From a virus (lineage: Duplodnaviria; Caudoviricetes): a stretch of DNA of 64,000 nucleotides. The DNA lies in the IMG/VR virus record IMGVR_UViG_3300007083_000004, positions 64,001 to 128,000 of that record, one strand, 5' to 3'. Below the pieces are notes generated by a model, which did no database searches, was not told the origin of the DNA, and was given only the letters and a program-made list of their open reading frames with translations. Below, one piece after another: positions 49,797 to 58,664 of this stretch; position 1 is the first letter of the stretch; every line of letters starts with the position of its first letter. Both the position numbers and the translations under genes were made by a program.

Positions 49797-50152
49797 TAAT
49801 TCTGCATGTTTATCGTAAAAAGTATGATTTTATAAAACCTACTGTAAGGGACTTCCGGCACTTTTTCTTATAATTACTGCATGTTTATCTAAGATTTTTA
49901 TTTTTATTGATTTTTAAGTTTTAATTTATTTTAATTTATTTTTAAAATACTGCAAATTCATTGTAAATTGATAAAAAACCTAAACTGGTACCCCCGGAGC
50001 ATCAGGCACTTTTTAGACCGTTTTACGCTAAAATGATCCATTTTTTATTTTTAGTAATAAATTTAAAAATGATAAATTTTAAAAGCTACGATGTTTATAC
50101 GAGTTTAGTGATTATGGTAAAACCTGCCGTAAGGAGGATCCTGAACTTTTTT
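49797..50152. repeat. Three degenerate direct repeats, ~142-bp period
   Basis: AAAACCT at 49834, 49975 and 50119, each followed by a GC-rich core and ...ACTTTTT. Confidence 0.6.
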
Positions 50153-50212
50153 GATCAAATCCTCGATGGTTTTGCATATCAAATAAAATATCATTTAAAA
50201 TGTTTTTACTGA

Positions 50213-50247
50213 TATATTATATTTTTGAATACTAAATTCATGTATTC
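50213..50247 (+). promoter_or_regulatory. Putative early promoter with 5' hairpin
   Basis: TATATTAT-ATTTT-TG, then GAATAC...GTATTC. Confidence 0.6.
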
Positions 50248-50277
50248 TAATTATCTTATTTTTCAGGAGATTTTAAA

Positions 50278-50460
50278 ATGAGTATTCTGTCCATGATCGT
50301 TGGTACCTTGGGTTGGGTTGGTGTTGTTTGGTATGCAATTAAAGGGTTTAAGGTAAATAATAAAAATGGATTTAAGAACTTGGGAATTGGCGTTGCTATA
50401 ATGTTGATAGTCAGTTTGATTATTGGTATAATTGCTGCTGCTATTGGTGTAGAGTTGTAG
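50278..50460 (+). CDS. Small two-TM membrane protein
   Basis: 60 aa; AGGAG RBS; two hydrophobic helices; hairpin at 50467-50502 after the stop. Confidence 0.75.
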   Translation: MSILSMIVGTLGWVGVVWYAIKGFKVNNKNGFKNLGIGVAIMLIVSLIIGIIAAAIGVEL

Positions 50461-50885
50461 TGATTGTTCAATACCCTATGGATAAAATCATAGGGTATTG
50501 AATTTTTTTTGTTTATTTAAATAAAATAAAAAATTAATGGATATATATAGTTTGATAGGAACCTCTGAAAAGGGGGGACTATAGGGGGGTTTCTGTGAAA
50601 AATTAATTAATTAATATAAGAGAAATATATATAAATAGAATAAATAAAGAGATTAGAGAAAATCTTATATTAATTAATTACTAACTATCAGTTACCATTA
50701 CCATCCGTAGGATCAGGTAATGGCGGTAGAGATGATAAGTATGCGAAGTCATGAGTGGTAACGAATGCGAGCACTCATCCGAGGATACGGAGGATGAGGC
50801 ATGAGAAGTAAAGATGTTGATAATGATATAGAATTGTAAATAAAGATTTGATGTTTAATTAATTAACTGGTTAAGGAATGGTAAA

Positions 50886-51293
50886 ATGAAGAATGATGAT
50901 CATATTGAAAGTAACGATGAAGTGGTTTACCATGAACAAATAAATATGGATCCATTTATGAACGAAATGAGTATGACGGATATACCTGAAATAAAGGGAT
51001 ATGCTGAAAAAGAATCAATGAGTGTTTTTAAGTTATGTACAGATAAAGAATTACCTGTATGGATCAGTAATAGAAACGATGTGAAGATTAGAACCAGTGG
51101 TGAATCCATATTGTTGTTGATAGACAATGGGAGTAGTTTATTAGGATATGAAACAGGTATTATGTTGTATCTGAATGATGATGATAAGATTGAAGTGGTG
51201 AATGAAAAAATGTTAAATAGAGATTTTGACTATGTAGAAACAAATGAAAATGGTGATTTATACTTAAGAAAAGATTTGAATGAAGTGAAATAA
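50886..51293 (+). CDS. Hypothetical acidic protein
   Basis: 135 aa; AAGGAA RBS. Confidence 0.65.
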   Translation: MKNDDHIESNDEVVYHEQINMDPFMNEMSMTDIPEIKGYAEKESMSVFKLCTDKELPVWISNRNDVKIRTSGESILLLIDNGSSLLGYETGIMLYLNDDDKIEVVNEKMLNRDFDYVETNENGDLYLRKDLNEVK

Positions 51294-51294
51294 A

Positions 51295-51747
51295 TTATCT
51301 ATATAAAAATGAATTGATTTTATTTTTGAATTTAAACCATGTATCCCATATCCATACTCCGGATACTAATAAATATCTGGTGGTGGTAGGGATGGATAAC
51401 TCTGTTAGGGCTTGATATAAAATCAATCTAGCTTCATTCCTATCGATCGTCCTATAGTGATTATCGTTATTGTTACATGTAAATATTTTACCATATTCGA
51501 TTAAATAGTCATGCAATATGGCAGCTTTACCATATGTACCCCATGGAGGCATTATAGACCAGAATACAGGCGGTATGGTAGCACCATCGGTGATGTACCC
51601 TACTGGTACTATAACTACCTCATTTGTCGTGTGATGGGGTTTAAACGAGAATGAATCCAATAACATGAATAGAGCTGCATTTCTTCTTTTGGATGGACCC
51701 ATGTATTGAATGGCAAAGCTGGAATTAAAGTTTTTAAATTGAGACAT
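51295..51747 (-). CDS. DUF1353-family protein
   Basis: VPVGYITDGATIP..FWS..PPWGTYGKAAILHDYL. Confidence 0.8.
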   Translation of the reverse strand: MSQFKNFNSSFAIQYMGPSKRRNAALFMLLDSFSFKPHHTTNEVVIVPVGYITDGATIPPVFWSIMPPWGTYGKAAILHDYLIEYGKIFTCNNNDNHYRTIDRNEARLILYQALTELSIPTTTRYLLVSGVWIWDTWFKFKNKINSFLYR

Positions 51748-51830
51748 GAATATTTCCTATAATTATTAAATGACATGTTTATCACAATGAATCGTTTGAA
51801 TAATAATTTTATTTTAAAAAAGGTTTTGTT

Positions 51831-52454
51831 ATGACTTTAGTTGGTATACTAACAGAAATAGAGAAAAATGGTAAAGAGGAAATATCGAAGTTAGATGGCA
51901 ATAGACCCCTTATTGTAGATGGTTCCATATCAGAAATACTGACTAGAGCTTTAAACATAGCCTATGCCAAGAAAAACAAAATGAGTGATAATCCTGAATA
52001 TGGATTAAGAAATGATGACGTTAAAAACCCTCCTGGAGCTTTTGGTTCTGATAATGAAATTGATATAGAAAATCAATATGCAATAAAACCCGATATGGAG
52101 GGATTTCAGGAAAAAGAAGCTCAGATAAGATTAGCTGCGGCAAAATTAAGTAATGCAATAGATGCCAGGAATAACGATGGTTTAATAAATACTAGAGCTA
52201 AGCCTATATTGATTTATGCAGTACCAGAGAACCTGATGGTTGATGATAGAACCAAGGAAGAATTGGATGCTTATTTAGCTGCTGGTGTAAAACCTAAAGA
52301 TTTTGTATTTACCTATATTGAAGATGTTGATGTAAATATGAATTTAAATAAAAGGTCGGTGGATATTAGTGATCATGTAGTGGAAATGGAGAAAAATGGT
52401 GCTAGGGTATATCATTCTTTAAGAGAATTTTTAGATAGGATTTCTGATCAATAG
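51831..52454 (+). CDS. Hypothetical protein
   Basis: 207 aa; DGSISEILTRALNIAYAK; followed by palindrome 52476-52513. Confidence 0.7.
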   Translation: MTLVGILTEIEKNGKEEISKLDGNRPLIVDGSISEILTRALNIAYAKKNKMSDNPEYGLRNDDVKNPPGAFGSDNEIDIENQYAIKPDMEGFQEKEAQIRLAAAKLSNAIDARNNDGLINTRAKPILIYAVPENLMVDDRTKEELDAYLAAGVKPKDFVFTYIEDVDVNMNLNKRSVDISDHVVEMEKNGARVYHSLREFLDRISDQ

Positions 52455-52551
52455 GTAAAATGATTTGTATGAAATATAATACTGAGATGGGATTAATCCC
52501 ATCTCAGTATTATTAATCTATTTTGATGATGAAATAAACTATGGATCAATT

Positions 52552-53784
52552 ATGGCCAGTCAAATAAAAATGGTTTTAGATAACCAATTATCTCATTTAA
52601 AATTCGATAAGAAATTTGTAGATAAAATTTTAAAATATGATAGAGATTTTGTTAACAAGAATGAAGAACACATAACCTTCTTTGGTTCAGTTTTATTTGG
52701 TGTTCATGTAGTTAGATTTGAGCAAAGGGATAGAAATAGATGGTACGATGAGATTTTAAATAAAGATGAGAGAATATTGCAAACATTTTTATATCAATTA
52801 AGAGATCCTGATAATCCAAAAGAACCTTTAATCAATACTGACTTTAATGTTAGATCGGATGTAATGAACATCAGTATTGCATACTTGATTCATAAGTTTT
52901 TAAATGAAAAATCTATAGATAGTAAAACAAAAGAAAATGTAACCCAATCTCTGGTTAGAATTCTGATATATAAATATTTGACATCTTTATTTTGGAGTTA
53001 CTTTAAATATCCGGCTAACCCACAGGTAGCTGAAGCTTTATATAATAGCCTTACGTTAAAGTTCGAACTAAAAAAAGAAGGTACTTGGTATAAGTATGTA
53101 GATCATAGGGCTAAAATCACGTTAGGTCCTAAAGGATTACATTTCAAATCACTTTTGAATGCAAACAATGATGAATCCTTATTATACTTCCTAACCGATA
53201 CCCAAGGTAGAATAAGAGGGGTGATGAAAACCCTATATAAAGCTTTTGATGAAATAAATAGAAAAGGTTTAAAAATATCGTCGGTATCATCCACTATCGA
53301 TTTTGATGGCGAACCTATATTGAAAGATAGATCCAATACATTTTCAAATGAAACCCGATATATTGTTGACATAGTTGGAGATAGAAATTCATTTATTAAA
53401 GATGAATTGGTAAATGTAATCAACGATTTGGTGAATGGTTTAAATATAAAGAATTTAGTAGATGTACTGGAGTTTATTTCTAAAGAATCTTATAAACATG
53501 AAGATATATTGAAAAACGTAATAATATTTTCATTTAATTCATTAAAGAGAATTCCTAAATCATTACGAGGTAGGAAAAATATATCTTTATTTCTTTATAG
53601 ATTAAATGGAACTTTTACTGCATCCAGAGGTGCTGATTCTTTATTGATTTCTTGCAGAAAAGATATTGAATCGATTATTATAGCTTCTAAAGTTATTAAA
53701 AACAATAACATGGTAAAAAACGTTCGTACAGCTACAATGTTGTATATCGTAGCTAGAGTAATGGCTAAAGACAGATATACTTAA
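52552..53784 (+). CDS. Conserved virion protein (phiKZ gp32-like)
   Basis: 410 aa; KNEEHITFFG, SDVMN, YFKYPA, DTQGRIR, VRTATMLYI; terminator at 53784-53821. Confidence 0.7.
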   Translation: MASQIKMVLDNQLSHLKFDKKFVDKILKYDRDFVNKNEEHITFFGSVLFGVHVVRFEQRDRNRWYDEILNKDERILQTFLYQLRDPDNPKEPLINTDFNVRSDVMNISIAYLIHKFLNEKSIDSKTKENVTQSLVRILIYKYLTSLFWSYFKYPANPQVAEALYNSLTLKFELKKEGTWYKYVDHRAKITLGPKGLHFKSLLNANNDESLLYFLTDTQGRIRGVMKTLYKAFDEINRKGLKISSVSSTIDFDGEPILKDRSNTFSNETRYIVDIVGDRNSFIKDELVNVINDLVNGLNIKNLVDVLEFISKESYKHEDILKNVIIFSFNSLKRIPKSLRGRKNISLFLYRLNGTFTASRGADSLLISCRKDIESIIIASKVIKNNNMVKNVRTATMLYIVARVMAKDRYT

Positions 53785-53899
53785 ATATAGGATATGGGGC
53801 AAATGCCCCATATCCTATATTCATTTAAAAACCTCAATATATTTTTATTATTTATCTTATTTTGTGATCGATCACAATAAACTAAATAGGTATTTTATA

Positions 53900-54160
53900 A
53901 TGGCTACATATAAACCCAAAGCTGATTTTACCATCGAAGCTTTTCAATTAAAACCAAATGTGGTTAAGCCGGATTGGTTGACTGATTGCGAATTGGTTGA
54001 AACACTATCTCAAAAAAAAGACGATGTGGAATTAACTATTAAGACAGTAAATGGATCCCTATTTGCTAGAAAAAATGATTGGATTGTTAAAACCCACATT
54101 GATCAAATTCTGATTTATGATGATAAAGTATTTTCCAAGTATTTCGAAGAAGTAATTTAA
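53900..54160 (+). CDS. Small phage protein (paralog of 58211..58540 and of the 1..1036 N-terminus)
   Basis: IEAFQLKP.VVKPDWL...KTVNGSLFARKNDWIVK; ATG 53900 after AGGT. Confidence 0.7.
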   Translation: MATYKPKADFTIEAFQLKPNVVKPDWLTDCELVETLSQKKDDVELTIKTVNGSLFARKNDWIVKTHIDQILIYDDKVFSKYFEEVI

Positions 54161-54173
54161 AGGAAATCTAGTA

Positions 54174-54473
54174 ATGAATGTAATTATATATATTGTTACT
54201 TCAGTATTTATTTTTTTAATAATGGAGTTTGCAGTCAGAACTTGGGATATGAAAGGACATAGATCAATTTTATATAAGTTTTTTAATAATAAAAAAGAAT
54301 TGTTTTTAGGTTATAGAATACTTTCTTTACTTTGTATTTTATATACATTTATTTTAGTTATAAAAGGATTATATATACAGAATAATTATTTTGGTATATT
54401 AAATGTGTTAATTACTTTATTCATAAATGAATTTTATAATTTGATATTATACAAAGAGTTATTTAAAAAGTAA
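54174..54473 (+). CDS. Membrane protein (about 3 TM)
   Basis: 99 aa, hydrophobic; AAGGAA RBS. Confidence 0.65.
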   Translation: MNVIIYIVTSVFIFLIMEFAVRTWDMKGHRSILYKFFNNKKELFLGYRILSLLCILYTFILVIKGLYIQNNYFGILNVLITLFINEFYNLILYKELFKK

Positions 54474-54506
54474 ATAATTTATTATTTTAATAACTTATAT
54501 ATTTTG

Positions 54507-54700
54507 GAAGGTAATAACGTTTTTCTCCATTTCGTTATTATTTTCTTTCGCCTTTGTTTGTCAAGGATAATGTTTCCTATATTTCCTTTTCATTATCCTT
54601 GACACAAGGGGTTGTTGCGAGAGAGTGCCTTTATTGGGTGTAAAGGTGAGTGTAGGAGTAAGACCTAGGTATAGCCTTTCGGCTATACCTAGGCATCCTT
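54507..54700 (+). ncRNA. Candidate small RNA with anti-Shine-Dalgarno loops
   Basis: Three hairpins plus terminator (54664-54693); loops TTTTTCTCCATTT and TTTCCTATATTTCCTTTT; G-U pairs favour the + strand. Confidence 0.6.
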
Positions 54701-54733
54701 TTTGTTTGTTCATTTTTAGAATTATTTCATATA

Positions 54734-54773
54734 TATATAACTATAGTGAATTAAGACGATTGTGTTTTAATTC
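54734..54773 (+). promoter_or_regulatory. Putative early promoter with 5' hairpin
   Basis: TATATAAC-TATAG-TG, then GAATTAAGAC...GTTTTAATTC. Confidence 0.6.
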
Positions 54774-54795
54774 TTAATCCTAATAGGAGAAAATC

Positions 54796-55176
54796 ATGGA
54801 ACTCATCAATATGACCTGGTATTTCGAACTGGCCGTTTTCCTTTCCATTACCATTCCAGCTATTCCTCATTATTTCTGGTCTAAGAAAATTACCAAAATT
54901 GCAACAAACAAGGTCTATGTTGGTGACTTTGATCTGACCAAATGGAAGTATGTTCACTCATTATTGATTCCTTCCTTCATTCTCACTGGAATTATGCTGT
55001 TTGGAAGTTTTGATATCTCTACTATACTGAAAGTAGTGTTGTGGATGCAGGTGGCAGCATGGGTGTTACAAGTACCTACCGGCCTTTATCTATACAAAAG
55101 GTTGTATGGCCTTAATAAGCATAACACGGGAAGTTACAATGTTAATTTTCCTAACTTCAAAATGGTTGTGAAATAG
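54796..55176 (+). CDS. Membrane protein (about 3 TM)
   Basis: 126 aa; AGGAG RBS; terminator at 55186-55225. Confidence 0.75.
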   Translation: MELINMTWYFELAVFLSITIPAIPHYFWSKKITKIATNKVYVGDFDLTKWKYVHSLLIPSFILTGIMLFGSFDISTILKVVLWMQVAAWVLQVPTGLYLYKRLYGLNKHNTGSYNVNFPNFKMVVK

Positions 55177-55260
55177 TAGTATGTTTTAACAAACACCATG
55201 GCATCATTGCCATGGTGTTTGTTAATTTTTATTTAATCCATTTTATTTTTTTTTTGTTCA

Positions 55261-55275
55261 CATATTACTTTAATG
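55261..55275 (+). promoter_or_regulatory. Putative early promoter
   Basis: CATATTAC-TTTAA-TG. Confidence 0.5.
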
Positions 55276-55324
55276 TAATGTTAATTCATTAATGTATAGT
55301 TTTTATTTTAAAAGGAAATAAAGT

Positions 55325-56029
55325 ATGAACACCAATCAACAAATATTCGATTCAGAAATTTTATATGATATACCTGGGTTTTCTAATTATACAATAACTA
55401 AATCAGGCAATATCTTTAATAAATCAAAAAAGAAGTGGTTAAGTGTTAATAGAAAAAGCACATCGACAACACTCTTTGATGATTTAGATAATGCTAGGAC
55501 CATGAGTTTTACTAGAATAAAATCATTGGCTCTAGAGGGTTTACCTATTAAAAATATCGATGATTTTAAAAACCTTCCAAGAGCCAAGACAACCAAAGAA
55601 AGAAAAGAAAAATGGTCGTTTAATCTTAAATCTGAATTTAAATTGATTTGTTTAATAACTGGAGTATGTAGAAAATATGAAAATGCCGAACAATTATGCG
55701 ATTATCTTGAAATTTCAGAACAAACATTAAGACTTAAAGCATCAACGAATAATTGGTGCTTTTTAAAGTCTTTTCTATACGTTTATCGGGGAATGAAAAA
55801 CGCCGAAACAACGTTTCCGAATTTCATTAACAAAGATTTTTTCAATAAAAAAGATAAAATGATTTTGTCTTTAGACGATACTACTGGAGTAATTTCATTT
55901 TATCCGTCTATAACTCGCGCTTTAAAAGAAACTATTTTAACGATTTACGAAGTGAAGTCTTTGTTAAAATCTAAAGGATCTTTAAATAAATACGGAATAA
56001 GATTAATATACCTAAACGATTTACCTTGA
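55325..56029 (+). CDS. NUMOD4/NUMOD1-like DNA-binding protein with no recognisable HNH site
   Basis: DIPGFSNYTITKSGNIFN at the N-terminus, FYPSITRALKE near the C-terminus; the protein contains no His. Confidence 0.55.
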   Translation: MNTNQQIFDSEILYDIPGFSNYTITKSGNIFNKSKKKWLSVNRKSTSTTLFDDLDNARTMSFTRIKSLALEGLPIKNIDDFKNLPRAKTTKERKEKWSFNLKSEFKLICLITGVCRKYENAEQLCDYLEISEQTLRLKASTNNWCFLKSFLYVYRGMKNAETTFPNFINKDFFNKKDKMILSLDDTTGVISFYPSITRALKETILTIYEVKSLLKSKGSLNKYGIRLIYLNDLP

Positions 56030-56092
56030 CTCGAATATGGGATAATAATTATTATCCCATATTCTTTATTTTTTTATTAAAGGAAATTAATT

Positions 56093-56426
56093 ATATCCCA
56101 TATTGCATTGTATAAACATGATTCTATATTCGTCTATCAAAATTCCTGAAAACTTTGATATAATAACAAATGAAGAAGAAAACTTATGTTTAGGTGTTAT
56201 AGATTTTAATGAATTATTTAAAAACAAACTCAAAGATTTCGAAGGATTTTCTAAAGAGTTATTGATAAATAGACACGGCTATTTAGAGAATAAGAAAAAC
56301 GGACCAAGCGTTATAGCTATAACTTATACATCTATATTTATGGAAAACACAATACTCAGAACTTTTGGTTTTTCTTATGGCGAAAATATAAATGACAATA
56401 ATGTCTTTTATTTGGATATGGTTTAA
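56093..56426 (+). pseudogene. Hypothetical protein, 5' end possibly degraded
   Basis: RBS AAGGAAATTAATT precedes ATA (56093), whose frame closes early; the main frame 56103..56426 lacks a well-placed RBS. Confidence 0.4.
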
Positions 56427-56577
56427 TTTAATAACAAACGATCATCATCGTTTGTTATTTTTTTGCCCAAATAAAAAAATAATGACAATTCTTATAATTT
56501 AGTACAAGGCTGTGTTTTTAAAAATACCAACATAGGCCATTACAGGCCACACTTGAAGTTTTAAAAACAATTTAAAA

Positions 56578-56654
56578 GGGACTGTAGCTCAGCGGTTAGT
56601 AGCAACCGACTCATAATCGGTAGGTCGTGAGTTCAAATCTCACCGGTCCCACCA
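56578..56654 (+). tRNA. tRNA with CAT anticodon, probably Ile2 (lysidine type)
   Basis: Cloverleaf GGGACTG/CGGTCCC, ACCGA-CTCATAA-TCGGT, GTTCAAATC, encoded CCA; lacks initiator features. Confidence 0.9.
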
Positions 56655-56674
56655 CATATTTTCTTTTTTTATTT

Positions 56675-56848
56675 ATGTATAACAAAGAAATAATAAAACA
56701 ACTAAGAATAGGTTTTTCTTCTATTATTCAGAATCTGAATTTAGAAGAAAAACAATTAAGGGAATTATTGGAACAAGAAAATATAACCAAAGATGATTAT
56801 CGTTTGATAGACATGGCTTTATGTTTATTAAATGAGTTAAATAGATAG
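56675..56848 (+). CDS. Small hypothetical protein
   Basis: ATG 56675; the upstream GTG start lies inside the tRNA. Confidence 0.5.
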   Translation: MYNKEIIKQLRIGFSSIIQNLNLEEKQLRELLEQENITKDDYRLIDMALCLLNELNR

Positions 56849-56858
56849 AGGTTTTATT

Positions 56859-57089
56859 ATGGACGATTATGTTAGCAGTCCTTCGGACATCATGGAATAC
56901 CCACTAAATTTTCCTTTTGATGTAACACCATTAGAGCTTACCTCCGATTGTTTTGATAAATATGATAGAGAAGCTCAAGATGCAGTGAAGGCTATGAGAG
57001 ACAATCCAATGCAAATTGCTGGAACGGCTTTATTAATTGGAGCAATGGCGTATGGTGGTTATAAACTTTTTAAGAAAATATTCGATTGA
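56859..57089 (+). CDS. Small protein with C-terminal membrane anchor
   Basis: GAGG RBS; IAGTALLIGAMAYGGY. Confidence 0.7.
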   Translation: MDDYVSSPSDIMEYPLNFPFDVTPLELTSDCFDKYDREAQDAVKAMRDNPMQIAGTALLIGAMAYGGYKLFKKIFD

Positions 57090-57139
57090 TTTTTTGTAGT
57101 TAACGTAAAACAGACTAAATAGATTTAAAGGAAATTATC

Positions 57140-57442
57140 ATGTTACCATTTATGATTGCTGCTGGCATTGTTGGACTTGCGGTTGCTCATTTCAGTGAAG
57201 AAAATGAAAAGTTAAAAAAGAAACAAAAACTTCTTATAGAGAATAAAAAAATCAGCGACAATTTAATTAATCATTATAAAGAATATAATGATTACCTTAA
57301 AGACAACTTAGAAAAATCGTCCGATAAAACGAAAGAAGTGTTAAATCTAACAGATGAGGTTATTGATAAATGGGGAGAAACAATTGATTGCAATAAACGA
57401 CTTTCAAGAGCTTTAGTCGATAAAAATGATAAACCTATATAA
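57140..57442 (+). CDS. N-terminally anchored coiled-coil protein
   Basis: AAGGAA RBS; MLPFMIAAGIVGLAVAH. Confidence 0.7.
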   Translation: MLPFMIAAGIVGLAVAHFSEENEKLKKKQKLLIENKKISDNLINHYKEYNDYLKDNLEKSSDKTKEVLNLTDEVIDKWGETIDCNKRLSRALVDKNDKPI

Positions 57443-57464
57443 AAGCTTTTAATTTTTATTTTTT

Positions 57465-57549
57465 GGCCGTGTGGTGAAATGGGTAGACACAAGGGACTTA
57501 AAATCCCTCGCCGAAAGGCATGCCGATTCGAATTCGGCCACGGCCACCA
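57465..57549 (+). tRNA. tRNA-Leu(TAA)
   Basis: GGCCGTG/CACGGCC, AGGGA-CTTAAAA-TCCCT, long variable arm, CCA end. Confidence 0.92.
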
Positions 57550-57556
57550 TTACAAA

Positions 57557-57632
57557 TCCCCGATAATTCAGTTGGTAGAATGCCGGACTGTTAATCCGTT
57601 TGTCGCAGATTCGAGCCCTGCTCGGGGAGCCA
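57557..57632 (+). tRNA. tRNA-Asn(GTT), two stem mismatches
   Basis: TCCCCGA/TCGGGGA, CGGA-CTGTTAA-TCCG, GCCA end; A53-C61 and C27-U43 mismatches. Confidence 0.85.
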
Positions 57633-57655
57633 TCGATTTCTTTTTAATGAAATTA

Positions 57656-57697
57656 TAATAATACACACACTGGTTTAAACCAGTGTGTGTATTATTA
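57656..57697. terminator. 42-bp perfect palindrome
   Basis: TAATAATACACACACTGGTTT/AAACCAGTGTGTGTATTATTA. Confidence 0.75.
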
Positions 57698-57714
57698 CTT
57701 TTATTTTGTAAATT

Positions 57715-58218
57715 ATGAAATATAATAAACCTAATATCGTCGCTATTGTAGCATATTCTACTAATAGAATAATAGGTAACAATGGAAAAATACCATGGTC
57801 TATTAAAGAGGATTTTAAACACTTTAGGCAAACCACTTTGGGTTATCCTGTTATAATGGGTAGAAAGACATTTGAGTCCATAGGTAGATCCTTAGATGGT
57901 AGAACTAATATAGTACTAACTAGAAATAAATAATTTTCTCATAAAGGTGTATTAGTATATAATTCTATTTCTAATATATTAGATTCTTTATACGGTAAAG
58001 AAAAAGTATTTATTATAGGCGGATTTGAAATATATAAAAACACAATTCATTTATGTGATGAAGTAATCGCTACCGAAATACCTAAAGAATATAAAGGAGA
58101 TGTTTATTTCCCATTATTATCAAATAGTTTTAAAGAATATAGTAAAAGAACTGTGGTGAAATGTGGTAAAAGGTTATTTGATATAGTGACTTATAAAAAG
58201 GAAATTAATAATGGCTAA
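57715..58218 (+). pseudogene. folA: Dihydrofolate reductase with in-frame TAA at 57931-57933
   Basis: [35 protein letters not shown]; the same frame continues after the stop with VFIIGG.EIY and GDVYFP to TAA 58218. Confidence 0.9.
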
Positions 58219-58540
58219 GTATAGAAAAATTCCAGTAGTAATAGATGCGTTTCAATTTACTGAATTTGCTGAAATACCAGATTGGGCTAAAGTAGATGAA
58301 GTTACCTACTATAAAACATTATCATATACTTTAGATAATGGAATGAATATACATGGATTACATTTGGTAAATGGCGAAGATAGGTTTATACCACCTTTTC
58401 ATCAAGCTCAAATAAATACCCTAGAAGGTACTATGACGGCACAACTAAACGATTGGATCATTAAAGGCGTGAATGGCGAGATATATCCGTGTAAACCAGA
58501 TATATTCGAAAAAACTTACGAATTGGTTGAAGATGATTAA
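58211..58540 (+). CDS. Widespread small phage protein (YRK.PVVI.A...TLEG...DWII.GV.GE.YPCKPDIFEKTYE family)
   Basis: Family motif fully present; palindrome at 58543-58578 follows. Confidence 0.85.
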   Translation: MAKYRKIPVVIDAFQFTEFAEIPDWAKVDEVTYYKTLSYTLDNGMNIHGLHLVNGEDRFIPPFHQAQINTLEGTMTAQLNDWIIKGVNGEIYPCKPDIFEKTYELVEDD

Positions 58541-58602
58541 TGTTATACCATGTCGAGGATATCCTCGACATGGTATAATAGATTTAATATGTATTTCAAT
58601 CA

Positions 58603-58641
58603 TATATTACTCAATTGAGTTAGAATAATTCTATTCTAACT
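58603..58641 (+). promoter_or_regulatory. Putative early promoter with 5' hairpin
   Basis: TATATTAC-TCAAT-TG, then AGTTAGAATA...TATTCTAACT. Confidence 0.7.
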
Positions 58642-58664
58642 AACTTTAAAACGGAGAGTTTATC

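Noticed and set aside
49797-50152. CRISPR array
   Set aside because: Only three poorly conserved units, ~142-bp period, no identical repeats and no cas genes in the window.
54507-54610. CsrA/RsmA sponge on the - strand (GGA in loops)
   Set aside because: G-U pairs would become A-C mismatches and the terminator T-tail is on the + strand; disfavoured but not excluded without stranded RNA data.
57465-57549. tRNA as an ochre suppressor for the DHFR TAA
   Set aside because: Loop CTTAAAA places TAA at 34-36, which reads TTA (Leu); a suppressor needs anticodon TTA.
57568-57831. - strand 87-aa ORF ending MAPRAGLESATNGLTVRHSTN
   Set aside because: Typical translation of an antisense tRNA, and it overlaps DHFR.
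57931-57933. Alternative genetic code
   Set aside because: TAA, TAG and TGA all end conserved genes, and long genes are intact under code 11.
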